The notes: generated by a model not told the origin, from the sequence alone. 64,000 nucleotides of DNA from Clostridia bacterium (GCA_017508195.1 JAFVZL010000043.1:33657-97656), one strand, 5' to 3'; positions 44,519-54,538 are shown, counted from the stretch's first letter. Numbers and translations: made by a program.

Positions 44519-45301
44519 ATGGGAAAATTTGACGGTATTCTGATATGCTCGGATTGGGACGGCACATTGCGAACGAAGTATGGCATACCAAAAAATAATA
44601 TCGAGGCAATTAATTATTTCCAGCAAAACGGCGGGCTGTTCACAATATGCAGCGGCAGACCACTCGATTATCTTCTCGACTTCTTCGACGAGATACGCCC
44701 TAATACCTATGTGCTGACACTCAACGGAGCTATTATCAAGCACCCCGATACAGATGAAGTGCTTTTCGAGGGCTTCGTTGACAAATCAGCCGAGATAATT
44801 GTGAAAAGGCTTATGGATAGCGGTATTAGCTTCAAGTATATTTCGGTTCACAGAAAGTCAGACAACACCGTGATACGCGAAAGTATTACAACACTCGAGG
44901 AATATAGGAAGCTATTCGATAGCTACAAAATATACAAGGTCGTCTTCATAACCGAAGAGCCCGAAGAAACACTGGAGGCAAAAAAGCTTATTACCAATGC
45001 AAAATCACTTGGGTATGCCGCAGAATCGAGCTGGGAAACGAGTATTGAGATACTGAAGCTCGAAAACACAAAGGGCTTTGCAGTCAGAAAGCTGAAGGAG
45101 CATCTCGGTGCAAAAGTACTCATCACCGCAGGAGACTACGAAAACGATATCAGCATGCTTAAAGCCGCGGATATATCCTATGCGGTCGGTGATGCGATTC
45201 CGAAAGTGAAGGAATGTGCTGACAGGATCACCGTTCCGTGTGCCGACGGAGCTATGGCATCGATCATCGAGGATCTCAAAAGAACGGTCGTTCTGCCTTA
45301 A
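44519..45301 (+). CDS. HAD-IIB (Cof-type) phosphatase
   Basis: Motif I ICSDWDGTL and motif IV GDYENDISML. 260 aa. Confidence 0.8.
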   Translation: MGKFDGILICSDWDGTLRTKYGIPKNNIEAINYFQQNGGLFTICSGRPLDYLLDFFDEIRPNTYVLTLNGAIIKHPDTDEVLFEGFVDKSAEIIVKRLMDSGISFKYISVHRKSDNTVIRESITTLEEYRKLFDSYKIYKVVFITEEPEETLEAKKLITNAKSLGYAAESSWETSIEILKLENTKGFAVRKLKEHLGAKVLITAGDYENDISMLKAADISYAVGDAIPKVKECADRITVPCADGAMASIIEDLKRTVVLP

Positions 45302-45415
45302 TTTTTCGTTTGAATATAAAAGTTCCGACACTTTCGGTGTCGGAACTTTATTTATGTGGGTAGTCGCATCACATGCCCCCGACCTTGTGGTCAAGATAGG
45401 TGTGACTCCACTTTA

Positions 45416-47494
45416 TCAGTCGTTCTTTGCCTCGGCAATAATCTTGTCGGTAAGCGATGCGGGAACCTCATCGTAACGAACGAAATCAAAGTCAAATCTT
45501 CCTCTGCCCTGAGTCGAAGCTCTGAGAGCGATAACGTAATCGGTCATCTCACCGAAGGGCACCTCGGCAATTATCACCTGAGTCTCGGGACCTGCCTCGG
45601 AGGGCTCAATGCCCATAACCTTACCGCGTCTCTTGTTAAGATCGCCGAGGATATCACCAACGTAGTTTTCGGGGATATATACCTTGAGCGCGCCAACAGG
45701 CTCGAGGATAACAGGCTTAGCCTTAGGAAGACCCTCACGGTATGCGATAGCGGCAGCAAGCTTGAAGGAGATCTCGTTAGAGTCTACGTCGTGGTAAGAA
45801 CCGTCGTAAAGGTTAGCGGCAAGGTAAACCATGGGATAGCCCGCAAGAACACCCTTCTGCATACACTCGCGAAGACCTGTCTCTACTGCGGGGAAGAAGT
45901 TCTTTGGAACGGCACCGCCAAATACCGACTCGGTAAAGGTAAGGCCTTCCTCTTCTCCGGGAGAGAACTTGATTTTAACGTGGCCGTACTGACCCGATCC
46001 GCCCGACTGCTTCTTATGCTTTCCTTCGACCTCAACCGTGCCCTTGATGGTCTCGCGGTAAGCGAGCTTCGGCTTTGTAAGCTCAACGTTTGCACCGTAG
46101 CGGTTTCTGAGCTTGGAAACGAGGATATCGAGGTGAATATCTCCAAGACCCGAGATAGTGAGCTGCTTAGTCTCGGAGTTGTTCTCGTACTTGATCGTCC
46201 AATCCTCCTCGAGGAGTCTTGCGATACCGGTAGAGATACGATCCTCATCGCCCTTTGCCTTTGGAGCGATAGCCATGGTGTAATAGGGTTTTGGATACTT
46301 GATAGGCAGATACTTGATGTTAGCAGCTGCCGTGGTAAGAGTGTCATTGGTATTGGTATTGACAAGCTTTGCGGTTGCACCGATATCTCCGCATGCAAAT
46401 ACTTCAACGTCGGTCTGCTTCTTACCGCGGAGCATAAAGATCTTATTGAACTTCTCGGAGATACCCGTAGTGGTGTTGCGAAGCACCATATCCTTCTTAA
46501 GGTTACCGTTCATAACCTTGAATATAGACATTTTACCTACGAAGGGATCGGCAACGGTCTTGAATACAAATACCGACGTATCCGCGCCGTCCATCTCGAT
46601 TGGAGTCTCAACAATCTCGCCATCCTCGCCTACAAGGTGCTCAACCTTTCTGGCGGTAGGTCTCGGGAAGGACTCTGCGATAGTATCAAGGAAGGTCTTG
46701 ATACCCCAGTTCTTAAGAGCTGCACCGCAGAATACGGGAACGATATCACCCGTTATGATACCCTCGTGGATTGCCTCAAGAGCCTCCTCGCGAGAGATGG
46801 GCTCCTCGTTGAAGAACTTCTCCATGAGCTCATCACTGGTCTGTGCAATAGCCTCGAGGAGCATATTGTGATATTCGTCACAAACGTCCTTAAACTTATC
46901 GGGAATAGAGGTACGAACGTACTCACCTGTTGCCTTCTCGAAGGTGTAAACGCACATCTCGACAAGGTTAGCAAATCCGATAACGGTATCACCGTCAATG
47001 ATCGGTATCTGAACGGGACATACGGTAAGACCGTACTTTTCACGGATAGCACCGAATACCTTATAGAATCTTGCCTCACCGTCATCGAAACGGTTGATGA
47101 AGAACGCCTTGGGAATGCCCGCCTCTGTAGCAAGATTCCAACCGATCTCCGTACCAACCTCGATGCCCGCCTTACCGTCTACAACAATAATGGCAGCGTC
47201 TGCAACTCTTACACACTGTCTTACCTCACCCTCAAAATCGAAGAAGCCGGGGGTGTCAAGTATATTTATTTTTACACCGTTCCAAAGCAAATGAGCGGTA
47301 GCTGCGGATATAGAATATCCTCTCTTGGTCTCCTCGGGATCGAAGTCACAAACGGTATTTCCGTCAGCGACATTACCGAGACGCTCGGTTACTCTCGAAA
47401 TATAAAGCATTGACTCTGCAAGAGAGGTCTTTCCGCCTCCACTGTGTCCAAGGAGGGCTACGTTTCTTATGCTTTTGGTGTAAACATTTTCCAT
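45416..47494 (-). CDS. Elongation factor G paralog (EF-G2-like)
   Basis: G1 GHSGGGKTS (non-canonical versus AHIDAGKTT of EF-G1) and G3 DTPGFFDF. Five-domain length of 692 aa. Not in an str operon. The ATG at 47494 follows AAGGAGA. Confidence 0.8.
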   Translation of the reverse strand: MENVYTKSIRNVALLGHSGGGKTSLAESMLYISRVTERLGNVADGNTVCDFDPEETKRGYSISAATAHLLWNGVKINILDTPGFFDFEGEVRQCVRVADAAIIVVDGKAGIEVGTEIGWNLATEAGIPKAFFINRFDDGEARFYKVFGAIREKYGLTVCPVQIPIIDGDTVIGFANLVEMCVYTFEKATGEYVRTSIPDKFKDVCDEYHNMLLEAIAQTSDELMEKFFNEEPISREEALEAIHEGIITGDIVPVFCGAALKNWGIKTFLDTIAESFPRPTARKVEHLVGEDGEIVETPIEMDGADTSVFVFKTVADPFVGKMSIFKVMNGNLKKDMVLRNTTTGISEKFNKIFMLRGKKQTDVEVFACGDIGATAKLVNTNTNDTLTTAAANIKYLPIKYPKPYYTMAIAPKAKGDEDRISTGIARLLEEDWTIKYENNSETKQLTISGLGDIHLDILVSKLRNRYGANVELTKPKLAYRETIKGTVEVEGKHKKQSGGSGQYGHVKIKFSPGEEEGLTFTESVFGGAVPKNFFPAVETGLRECMQKGVLAGYPMVYLAANLYDGSYHDVDSNEISFKLAAAIAYREGLPKAKPVILEPVGALKVYIPENYVGDILGDLNKRRGKVMGIEPSEAGPETQVIIAEVPFGEMTDYVIALRASTQGRGRFDFDFVRYDEVPASLTDKIIAEAKND

Positions 47495-47557
47495 TTTAGG
47501 GTTTCTCCTTTGTTTGCTGATATATCGGTGCTGAAAAAATCTAACAACCTTGTTATA

Positions 47558-47586
47558 ATTATACAATAATTTAATAATCAATGCAA
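47558..47586 (-). promoter_or_regulatory. Sigma-A-type promoter for the EF-G paralog
   Basis: Minus strand: TTGCAT, 17 nt, TATAAT. Confidence 0.55.
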
Positions 47587-47683
47587 GTTTTTTTGTAAAC
47601 AATTTTAACATCCAAGTGTAGAAAAACACGGGCTCACTTTGTTGAAAAACAACAAAAAACCCGTGTTTTATCTTTTATAAAGA

Positions 47684-49054
47684 TTATTCAGCCTCTCTTT
47701 TCACCATGTGAACGAGAACCTCGTATATATTCTCAACACCAACAAGCTCCACTCCCTCAGGCACCTTCAGTAAGGACGTAAGGTTTTTCTTGGGCAAAAG
47801 TATCTTTGTAAAGCCAAGTCTCACCGCCTCTTTAACGCGGTAGTCAATATGCGATACCGCACGAACCTCGCCCGCGAGTCCGATCTCTCCGAATGCGATA
47901 AGACTGTCGGGAATAACCTTATCGGCAATACCGCTGATGAGAGCCATCGCAATTGAAAGATCAGCGCTGGGCTCATCGAGATGTATGCCGCCCGCGACGT
48001 TAAGATAGACGTCGTTTTCATAGAATTTAAGACCCATTCGCTTCTCGAGAACGGCTATAAGCAGACACATTCTGTTATAATCAAAGCCGTCAGACGTCCT
48101 CTTACCCGAGGAGTACACGCTCTTTGCGACAAGCGCCTGTATCTCGGATATAATAGGCCTTGTTCCCTGCATGACACAGCCCGCACACGACCCGCTGGTG
48201 TTCTTAGGGCGCTCTGCCATAACGACCTCGCTGGGATTTGGTATCTCGACAAGTCCTCTGTCGCTCATTTCAAATACACCGATCTCGTTGGTCGGACCGA
48301 ATCTGTTCTTAATAGCTCTTATAATTCTGTACGAATTAGTTCTCTCTCCTTCAAAATAGAGCACCGCGTCAACCATATGCTCGAGCACCTTGGGTCCGGA
48401 GATGCCGCCCTCCTTATTAACGTGCCCCACAAGGAATACCGCCGCACCAAACCCTTTGGCATAGCTGATAAGCGCCATTGACGACTCGCGAACCTGCGTT
48501 ATACTGCCGGGAGCCGAGGTAAATCTGTCCGAGCTCATCGTCTGTACCGAGTCAATTATAATGACGTCAGGCTTTATTCTCTCACATTCAGAGAGCACGG
48601 CATCAAGATTATTTTCCGTCAGAAGATATAGCGTATCTCCGGTAATACCAAGACGCTCAGCACGAAGCTTAAGCTGTCCCTTCGACTCCTCGCCCGATAC
48701 ATATAAAACCTTTCTGCCTCGCGCAAGCTCCGAGGATATCTGTAAGAGCAGCGTTGACTTACCGATGCCCGGTTCGCCCGAAAGGAGAACAACGGAGCTG
48801 TCCACAAGACCTCCGCCGAGGACTCTGTCAAGCTCACCCATTCCTGTCTTTGATCGCATGTAAGTCGGAACCTTCAATTCCGAAAACTTCTCTGCTCTGT
48901 TTTCTGTGGCAACCGAGGTGCTCTTCTTCGTCTCACCGCCTACCATTTCCTCGTCAAAGGAATTCCAGGATTCACAATCAGGGCATCTACCGAGCCACTT
49001 AGGGCTCTGATACCCACACTCACGACAGATGAAAACTATTTTACTTCCCTTCAT
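47684..49054 (-). CDS. radA: DNA repair protein RadA
   Basis: N-terminal C4 zinc finger (CRECGYQSPKWLGRCPDC), Walker A GEPGIGKST, the KNRFG motif, and a Lon-like C-terminus. Confidence 0.93.
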   Translation of the reverse strand: MKGSKIVFICRECGYQSPKWLGRCPDCESWNSFDEEMVGGETKKSTSVATENRAEKFSELKVPTYMRSKTGMGELDRVLGGGLVDSSVVLLSGEPGIGKSTLLLQISSELARGRKVLYVSGEESKGQLKLRAERLGITGDTLYLLTENNLDAVLSECERIKPDVIIIDSVQTMSSDRFTSAPGSITQVRESSMALISYAKGFGAAVFLVGHVNKEGGISGPKVLEHMVDAVLYFEGERTNSYRIIRAIKNRFGPTNEIGVFEMSDRGLVEIPNPSEVVMAERPKNTSGSCAGCVMQGTRPIISEIQALVAKSVYSSGKRTSDGFDYNRMCLLIAVLEKRMGLKFYENDVYLNVAGGIHLDEPSADLSIAMALISGIADKVIPDSLIAFGEIGLAGEVRAVSHIDYRVKEAVRLGFTKILLPKKNLTSLLKVPEGVELVGVENIYEVLVHMVKREAE

Positions 49055-49068
49055 TTTTCACTCCGAGA

Positions 49069-49821
49069 TTACTTGTTTTTTGCTTCTATATATTCAATAA
49101 TACCACAAACGATCGCGAAACTCAATTGCTTTTGATATTCTTTTTCGGAAAGTTTTCCCGATTCTTCGGGATTTGTCAGGAATCCGCACTCCACGATAAC
49201 GCTGGTATTATCGTTATTATCGAGCAGATAAAGATTCTTTCCGTTCTTCGACACTCTTGTATTATCCTTCTGAACGAGCTCACGCACCTTACTTTGAATG
49301 GAATTTGCCAAAGATAGGCTATCCTCGCTCTTGTCCTGGTGATATACCTGAAGTCCGGAATACTTTGATTCACCGAAGCTATTCATATGTATACTTACGA
49401 ACAGTGCCTCCGGATACTCCTTTGCAATAGCCGCTCTCCCCTTAAGATCCGAGAGCTTTCGCATCCCCTTTATATTTTCGGATTCCGAATATAGCATTTT
49501 ATCCTCGGTGCGTGTATATACGACCTCATATCCGCGCCCTTTCAGCTCCTCGCCTATAAGAAGCGCTATTGCTAGGTTGATATCCTTTTCGAGAGTGCCA
49601 TTCTGAGCTACTGCTCCGGGATCCTCTCCTCCGTGTCCGGCATCTATTATAACGGTGCTTATTTTGCTCTCATTTGGTGCAGAATCTGTGGGAACAGAGG
49701 GAAAGGCGTAGGTATCGACCGCCCAAAGCGTACCGATCGTAAAAGCAACAGAAATGATAAGAACCAGTAAAAAAGACATAGCTTTTTTCACCGGACGGGC
49801 ATTAAAAACGTATATTTTCAT
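49069..49821 (-). CDS. cwlD: N-acetylmuramoyl-L-alanine amidase, CwlD-like
   Basis: N-terminal TM helix. IIDAGHGGEDPGAV and amidase_3 pattern. The ATG at 49821 follows GGAGG. About 250 aa, as for CwlD. Confidence 0.7.
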   Translation of the reverse strand: MKIYVFNARPVKKAMSFLLVLIISVAFTIGTLWAVDTYAFPSVPTDSAPNESKISTVIIDAGHGGEDPGAVAQNGTLEKDINLAIALLIGEELKGRGYEVVYTRTEDKMLYSESENIKGMRKLSDLKGRAAIAKEYPEALFVSIHMNSFGESKYSGLQVYHQDKSEDSLSLANSIQSKVRELVQKDNTRVSKNGKNLYLLDNNDNTSVIVECGFLTNPEESGKLSEKEYQKQLSFAIVCGIIEYIEAKNK

Positions 49822-49880
49822 AGAAAAAACCTCCATACAGTCTTACTAAACTATATGGAGGATATATGAGATACATGCAG

Positions 49881-50501
49881 TTATTTTTTTCCCTGATTAT
49901 CTTTTTTTCCGAGAAATCCGAATATTCTTTTCTCATGTGAGCCGAGAAGATATGCGCCCTCGGTGATAAGAACAATAACGAGAGGGAGGACGATGAACCA
50001 TATCGACTCAAAAAGTGCATCGGTGAATATCGCGGGATCGCTGCCAAGCGAAGGATTGGCAGGGGTTACGCCCTGTATTATTCCCATAAACATCGGTGCG
50101 TGGAATTTCGTAATAAGAAATACGATGCCGAATGCCGTCTTAGCCCACTCTGCACCCGATGCAAGAAATACCGAGCAAAATACAGCCGAAAGTGTGCCGA
50201 GCAGAAGGTTCGGGAGATTCGCGAACAGAGCGATCACGATGCCTTTATACGGCTTAGGATCATATCTTCTTGAATCAATGCGGATCTTATCCTTCGCACC
50301 TAATTCCCATACAACATTATAGATAAGAACAATGTAGAACAGTATCGAAAGGACCGATACCGCTATTCTGAGTGTCATAAATAAAGACTCATCATCGATA
50401 TCTCCGATTGCGAGATATAAGAACAGCGAGAAGATGGTCACACCCACCTGATTTATATATAACCTGACAATGTCATAAAAGTGTTCTTTAAGAATTTTCA
50501 T
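49881..50501 (-). CDS. Hypothetical integral membrane protein
   Basis: Five to six hydrophobic helices. No family recognised. Confidence 0.5.
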   Translation of the reverse strand: MKILKEHFYDIVRLYINQVGVTIFSLFLYLAIGDIDDESLFMTLRIAVSVLSILFYIVLIYNVVWELGAKDKIRIDSRRYDPKPYKGIVIALFANLPNLLLGTLSAVFCSVFLASGAEWAKTAFGIVFLITKFHAPMFMGIIQGVTPANPSLGSDPAIFTDALFESIWFIVLPLVIVLITEGAYLLGSHEKRIFGFLGKKDNQGKK

Positions 50502-50655
50502 AAAGCACCCTTCCCGTCTTATTTCAATAACATTTTAGCACACAAAATACAAAAAACAAGTAAAACGCAAAAATGTTTACATTTTATCCACTAAAAAGCT
50601 GAAAAATTTTGTATAATGGAAGTAAAGCAACGTTTTTCCGAGAAAAGGAGGTATT

Positions 50656-51678
50656 ATGGCTGTACTTACACTGAAAAGTGATGAATATAAGGCTTTTCCC
50701 GAAGTGATCAAGGACTACGCGAACTACGTACACATAATCAAGGGTAACAGTGAAAAGACCGTCTGTGAATACCTTCAGGATCTCAGAACCTTTTTCAGGT
50801 ATTTAAAGGCAAAGCGAGAGGATCTTGACCTCTCCCCCGCTTCGCTCGAAAAAATATCCATATCCGATATAAACGTTGACGACGTCCGATCCGTTACCGA
50901 GCGTAAGATACTGGAATTTCTCTTTTATGTCACCACCGAAAGAGGAAACGGTGCAACAACGAGAATGAGAAAGATCAGCGCGTTAAGATCCTTTTTTAAG
51001 TACCTTCATATAAAGCAAGGCATTATAGACAGCGATCCGACGCAGAATATTGACACTCCTAAAAAAGGTAGTACTCTACCAAAGTACCTCACGGTCGAGG
51101 AGGCGGTAAGACTTCTCGAGGCGGTAAGAAACGACACCGAGTCCAAGACGGTAGAGCGCGACTATGCTATCATTTGCCTGTTTCTGAACACAGGTATGCG
51201 TTTATCCGAGCTTGTAGGTCTTAATCTTGAGAGTTTTAATCCCGATATCACTCAGGTAAAAGTGCTCGGTAAAGGTAACAAGGAGAGAGTGATCTACATA
51301 AACAACGCTGCGCGCGAAGCGGTAGAGGGCTATCTTAGAATCAGACTCGATCCAAAGCACATACGGAGCTCTGAGCACGCCCTTTTCATAAGTGCAAGGG
51401 AGCAACGAATATCGAATAAAACCGTGCAGTGGATCGTATACAAGTATCTTAAAATGGCTAACCTCGGTGCGAAAAAGCTCTCCGTCCACAAGCTCAGACA
51501 CACCGCTGCAACACTCATGTATCAATCCGGAAAGGTAGACGTAAGAGTTCTGAAGGATATACTCGGTCACGAGCAGCTCAATACGACACAGATATACACC
51601 CACATCGTTGAGCGCAATCTCGAGGATGCCGTAATGAGCAACCCGCTGGCAGATGTTGAAATTACAAAAAAGAAATAA
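50656..51678 (+). CDS. Tyrosine recombinase (XerC/XerD-like)
   Basis: SAM-like N-domain. Catalytic residues visible in TGMRLSEL (R), HKLRHTAAT (HxxR) and LGHEQLNTTQIYTH (H, Y). Confidence 0.85.
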   Translation: MAVLTLKSDEYKAFPEVIKDYANYVHIIKGNSEKTVCEYLQDLRTFFRYLKAKREDLDLSPASLEKISISDINVDDVRSVTERKILEFLFYVTTERGNGATTRMRKISALRSFFKYLHIKQGIIDSDPTQNIDTPKKGSTLPKYLTVEEAVRLLEAVRNDTESKTVERDYAIICLFLNTGMRLSELVGLNLESFNPDITQVKVLGKGNKERVIYINNAAREAVEGYLRIRLDPKHIRSSEHALFISAREQRISNKTVQWIVYKYLKMANLGAKKLSVHKLRHTAATLMYQSGKVDVRVLKDILGHEQLNTTQIYTHIVERNLEDAVMSNPLADVEITKKK

Positions 51679-51731
51679 CAGGTATATTCTGCCCTGTTTT
51701 TTCTTATGAAATTCATTTTTTGGAGTTAATA

Positions 51732-52574
51732 ATGACGCTTGGAGAAAAGATTAAAAGAGCAAGAACATCAAAAAAACTTACTCAGGCAGAATTAGCCGGT
51801 GAGAAGGTTACACGCAATATGCTCAGCGCGATAGAGAGCGGAAAAGCAACGCCCTCTCTATCGACGTTGGAGTATCTTGCCGAAGCACTGGAGCTTCCGG
51901 TTTCCTATCTTCTATCTCCAGACAACGACCTGTTCTTCTATCAAAAGAAAGAGCGCATCGGAGCTATAAAATCTGCATTCGAGTCAAAAAACTACAACGT
52001 ATGCATAAGCCATATAATGAAGCTCGATATGCTTGATGACGAGCTCTACTTCCTTCTTGCGCAGTGCAACTTCGAGCTTGCGATGATATCGATACAGAAC
52101 GGCTCTCTCTCATCCGCAAAAAAGCAGCTTACACTTTGCCGCGACTACTGCGAGAGGACCGCATACGATACTATGCGCTTCGAGTGTATTATTCCGCTTT
52201 ACCTCGCCATAGCCGAAAACGTAAACGCACCGCTGCTCGAATTTGAAGAGCCAAAATTCTTAAAGCTCATGTCGGGTGCGTTTGATTATGAATTCTATAA
52301 GTACCTGACACTCGACTTCAATTACGAATTCAAGAATTTTCAGTACGGAAATCACATAGCCGCGAAAAAGCTGATTAAGGAAAGAAAATACAGCGATGCT
52401 CTCACGTTGCTGCTGGAAATCGAAAACACGAGGAGCGAATATCCGAGAAACGCATATCTGATGTTCTCCGTTTACGGAGATCTCGAGATTTGCTACAAGC
52501 AGCTTTTTGACTTTGAAAGCGCTTACAGATTTGCATCAAAAAGAATATCACTTATGGAAGGCTTCAACAGCTAG
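51732..52574 (+). CDS. XRE-family HTH regulator with a helical-repeat (TPR-like) C-terminal domain
   Basis: N-terminal LGEKIKRARTSKKLTQAELAG...LSAIESGKATPSLSTLEYLAEAL, followed by about 215 aa of helical-repeat-like sequence. Confidence 0.75.
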   Translation: MTLGEKIKRARTSKKLTQAELAGEKVTRNMLSAIESGKATPSLSTLEYLAEALELPVSYLLSPDNDLFFYQKKERIGAIKSAFESKNYNVCISHIMKLDMLDDELYFLLAQCNFELAMISIQNGSLSSAKKQLTLCRDYCERTAYDTMRFECIIPLYLAIAENVNAPLLEFEEPKFLKLMSGAFDYEFYKYLTLDFNYEFKNFQYGNHIAAKKLIKERKYSDALTLLLEIENTRSEYPRNAYLMFSVYGDLEICYKQLFDFESAYRFASKRISLMEGFNS

Positions 52575-52581
52575 CTCCTGT

Positions 52582-52613
52582 ACGCCACCCGAGACGGGTG
52601 GCGTGTTTTTTTT
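52582..52613 (+). terminator. Terminator after the HTH regulator
   Basis: ACGCCACCC-gagac-GGGTGGCGT followed by GTTTTTTTT. Confidence 0.8.
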
Positions 52614-52655
52614 ACAGTATGTGCTATATTTAAATAATAATTTTCGCGTACGGTA

Positions 52656-52684
52656 TTGACTTCCTCAGAATTTGGTGGTATATT
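52656..52684 (+). promoter_or_regulatory. Sigma-A-type promoter for the decarboxylase operon
   Basis: TTGACT, 17 nt, TATATT. Confidence 0.5.
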
Positions 52685-52769
52685 ATATTCGGTGTAATTT
52701 GGCTTTCCGCCAGATGATGACATTGTTATTTCTTTAATTAATATATGAACCACGGAAGGAGATTCAGAT

Positions 52770-54203
52770 TTGAACAAGTATGAACAGTCCAAGGTCTGCC
52801 AGCTTGAAACGGCTGCAGAGCTTCGCGCAAGGCTTGCCGAGAGTGAAAGCTCTTCGGTAAGAGAGCAGATCGCACTTCTCTTTGATGCCAACACCTTCAT
52901 AGAGACTGCGGCTTATACCAAGCGCGGTTTTTCCGATTTTCTCTCCACTGAGAAGTCGAACGAATTTGAAGGAGTAATCACAGGCTACGGTGCTATTGAC
53001 GGCAAGCTCGTCTTTGCATTCGCTGAGGATGCAGAGCGTATGGGAGGTGCGATCGATGAGCACCACGCCAAAAAGATCACCGATCTTTACAAGCTTGCTA
53101 TGGATAACGGTGCTCCCGTGATCGGTATCTTTAATTCTAACGGTACCGACATCTTCGCAGGCACCGCAGGTCTTGCATCCTATGGCAGGATCCTCGCAGT
53201 TGTAAACAAGGCATCAGGCGTTATTCCTCAGATCGCTGTCGTTGCAGGCAATTGCATCGGTACTGCCGCAACAATCGCTGCAATGTTTGATTTCGTTATC
53301 AAAGAGAACGAGGCTAATCTTTACGTAAGCTCTCCTACACTTACTCACAAGGATGGAGCACAGGATGGTATAGTTTCTTATACCGGTACTCTCCCCGAGT
53401 GTGCAGGCTACGCAAGATTCCTCATTAATTTCCTTCCCGATAATTCCTCTGTCGGCGTTCAGGTCGTTGACTGCGCTGACAATCTCAACAGAATGCTCGG
53501 TGATCTCAACTTTGGCGGCGAGGGTATTGCGGCTATATCCGTTATCGCGGATAACGGCGTGTTCCTCGAGGTCGGCGCCGACTACGCTAAGGGTACCTCG
53601 GTGGCGTTTGCTACCATCGGCGGAGTTAAGTGCGGTATCGTTGCCAACTCGTTTGCCAAGAACGAGGGCAAGCTCTGCACAAAGTGTGCAAAGAAGATTG
53701 CAAGGTTCGTTAATCTTTGTGACAGCTTCTCTATCCCCGTTGTTACTCTCGTTGATTCTCTCGGTCTTATGATCGATAAGGATAACGAGGTTGAGTTTGC
53801 TCCGGCACTTGCTAAGCTCGCTTCGGCTTACGCATCTGCGACTGCGCCCAAGGTAACCGTTATCAACGGTCATGCTATCGGTGCATCCTTCGTGCTTCTC
53901 GGATCCAAGGCTCTCGGTGCTGATATCGTTTACGCTACCGACTGCTCCGAGATCGGTGCGCTTACTGCTGAGTCCGGCGTTGCTTTCGCCTGGGACAAGT
54001 ACATCACCGAAGAAAAGACTCGCCAGGATTACGTTAACGAGTGGCGTGCAAGCGTTTCCTCTCCCGCACATGCTGCGGCTAGCGGTGAGATCGACGATAT
54101 TATCAGCGTTAACGAGCTCAGAGCAAGAATCTGCTCCGCTCTGCTTATGCTCGCATCCAAGGGCGCAGGCTGCAAGTCGATCCGTAAGGTTCTGCCCCTT
54201 TAA
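52770..54203 (+). CDS. Acyl-CoA carboxyltransferase (methylmalonyl-CoA decarboxylase alpha / 12S-like)
   Basis: Carboxyl_transferase two-domain pattern (GVITGYGAIDGKLVFAFAEDAERMGGAI...; IARFVNLCDSFSIPVVTLVDSLG). TTG start after GGAAGGAG. Confidence 0.78.
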   Translation: MNKYEQSKVCQLETAAELRARLAESESSSVREQIALLFDANTFIETAAYTKRGFSDFLSTEKSNEFEGVITGYGAIDGKLVFAFAEDAERMGGAIDEHHAKKITDLYKLAMDNGAPVIGIFNSNGTDIFAGTAGLASYGRILAVVNKASGVIPQIAVVAGNCIGTAATIAAMFDFVIKENEANLYVSSPTLTHKDGAQDGIVSYTGTLPECAGYARFLINFLPDNSSVGVQVVDCADNLNRMLGDLNFGGEGIAAISVIADNGVFLEVGADYAKGTSVAFATIGGVKCGIVANSFAKNEGKLCTKCAKKIARFVNLCDSFSIPVVTLVDSLGLMIDKDNEVEFAPALAKLASAYASATAPKVTVINGHAIGASFVLLGSKALGADIVYATDCSEIGALTAESGVAFAWDKYITEEKTRQDYVNEWRASVSSPAHAAASGEIDDIISVNELRARICSALLMLASKGAGCKSIRKVLPL

Positions 54204-54220
54204 TTATGGAGGTCAGGCTA

Positions 54221-54538
54221 ATGAACGCTTTGCTTGAAATGAATTTCTTCCAGCCTACTCCCGAGAATATTGCGATAGGTCTTCAGGTCGTTCTTATCGG
54301 TGTCGTATCGGTATTTTCCATTCTCTCACTCATATGGGGTGTTCTGACCATCTTTGGACTGTTTTTCAACAAAAAGCCAAAGAAGACCAAGGAGATCGCA
54401 CCTGTCCCTGCTCCCGTTAAGGCTGAAAGTGCCCCCGACGAGAGTGAGATCGTAGCAGTTCTCGCAGCGGCTATCGCTATGGCCGAGAGTGAAAGCTCCG
54501 GTGTAAAATTCAGAGTAGTTTCGTTTAACAGAAAATAA
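54221..54538 (+). CDS. OadG/MmdD-like small membrane subunit of a Na+-translocating decarboxylase
   Basis: Single N-terminal TM helix followed by a Pro/Ala-rich region and an IVAVLAAAIAMAE C-terminus. Position between the CT and BCCP genes. Confidence 0.65.
   Translation: MNALLEMNFFQPTPENIAIGLQVVLIGVVSVFSILSLIWGVLTIFGLFFNKKPKKTKEIAPVPAPVKAESAPDESEIVAVLAAAIAMAESESSGVKFRVVSFNRK

Noticed and set aside
45356-47413. 685-aa ORF on the plus strand, opposite the EF-G paralog
   Set aside because: It lies entirely antisense to a gene with unmistakable EF-G motifs. Its translation is low-complexity (rich in Leu, Ser, Val, Gly, Arg), and it has no RBS or recognisable domain. It is a typical mirror ORF produced by strong codon bias on the true coding strand.
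50656-51678. Integrase marking a prophage or integrative element
   Set aside because: No phage, conjugation or cargo genes lie adjacent. I found no att-like direct repeats, there is no adjacent tRNA, and the flanking genes are ordinary housekeeping genes. It is more likely a chromosomal Xer-type recombinase.
53214-54071. 285-aa minus-strand ORF opposite the acyl-CoA carboxyltransferase. The same applies to 55261..55794, 55926..56378, 56444..57079 and 57155..57874, opposite the other decarboxylase genes
   Set aside because: All are antisense to genes with clear family motifs inside a tight operon and have low-complexity translations.
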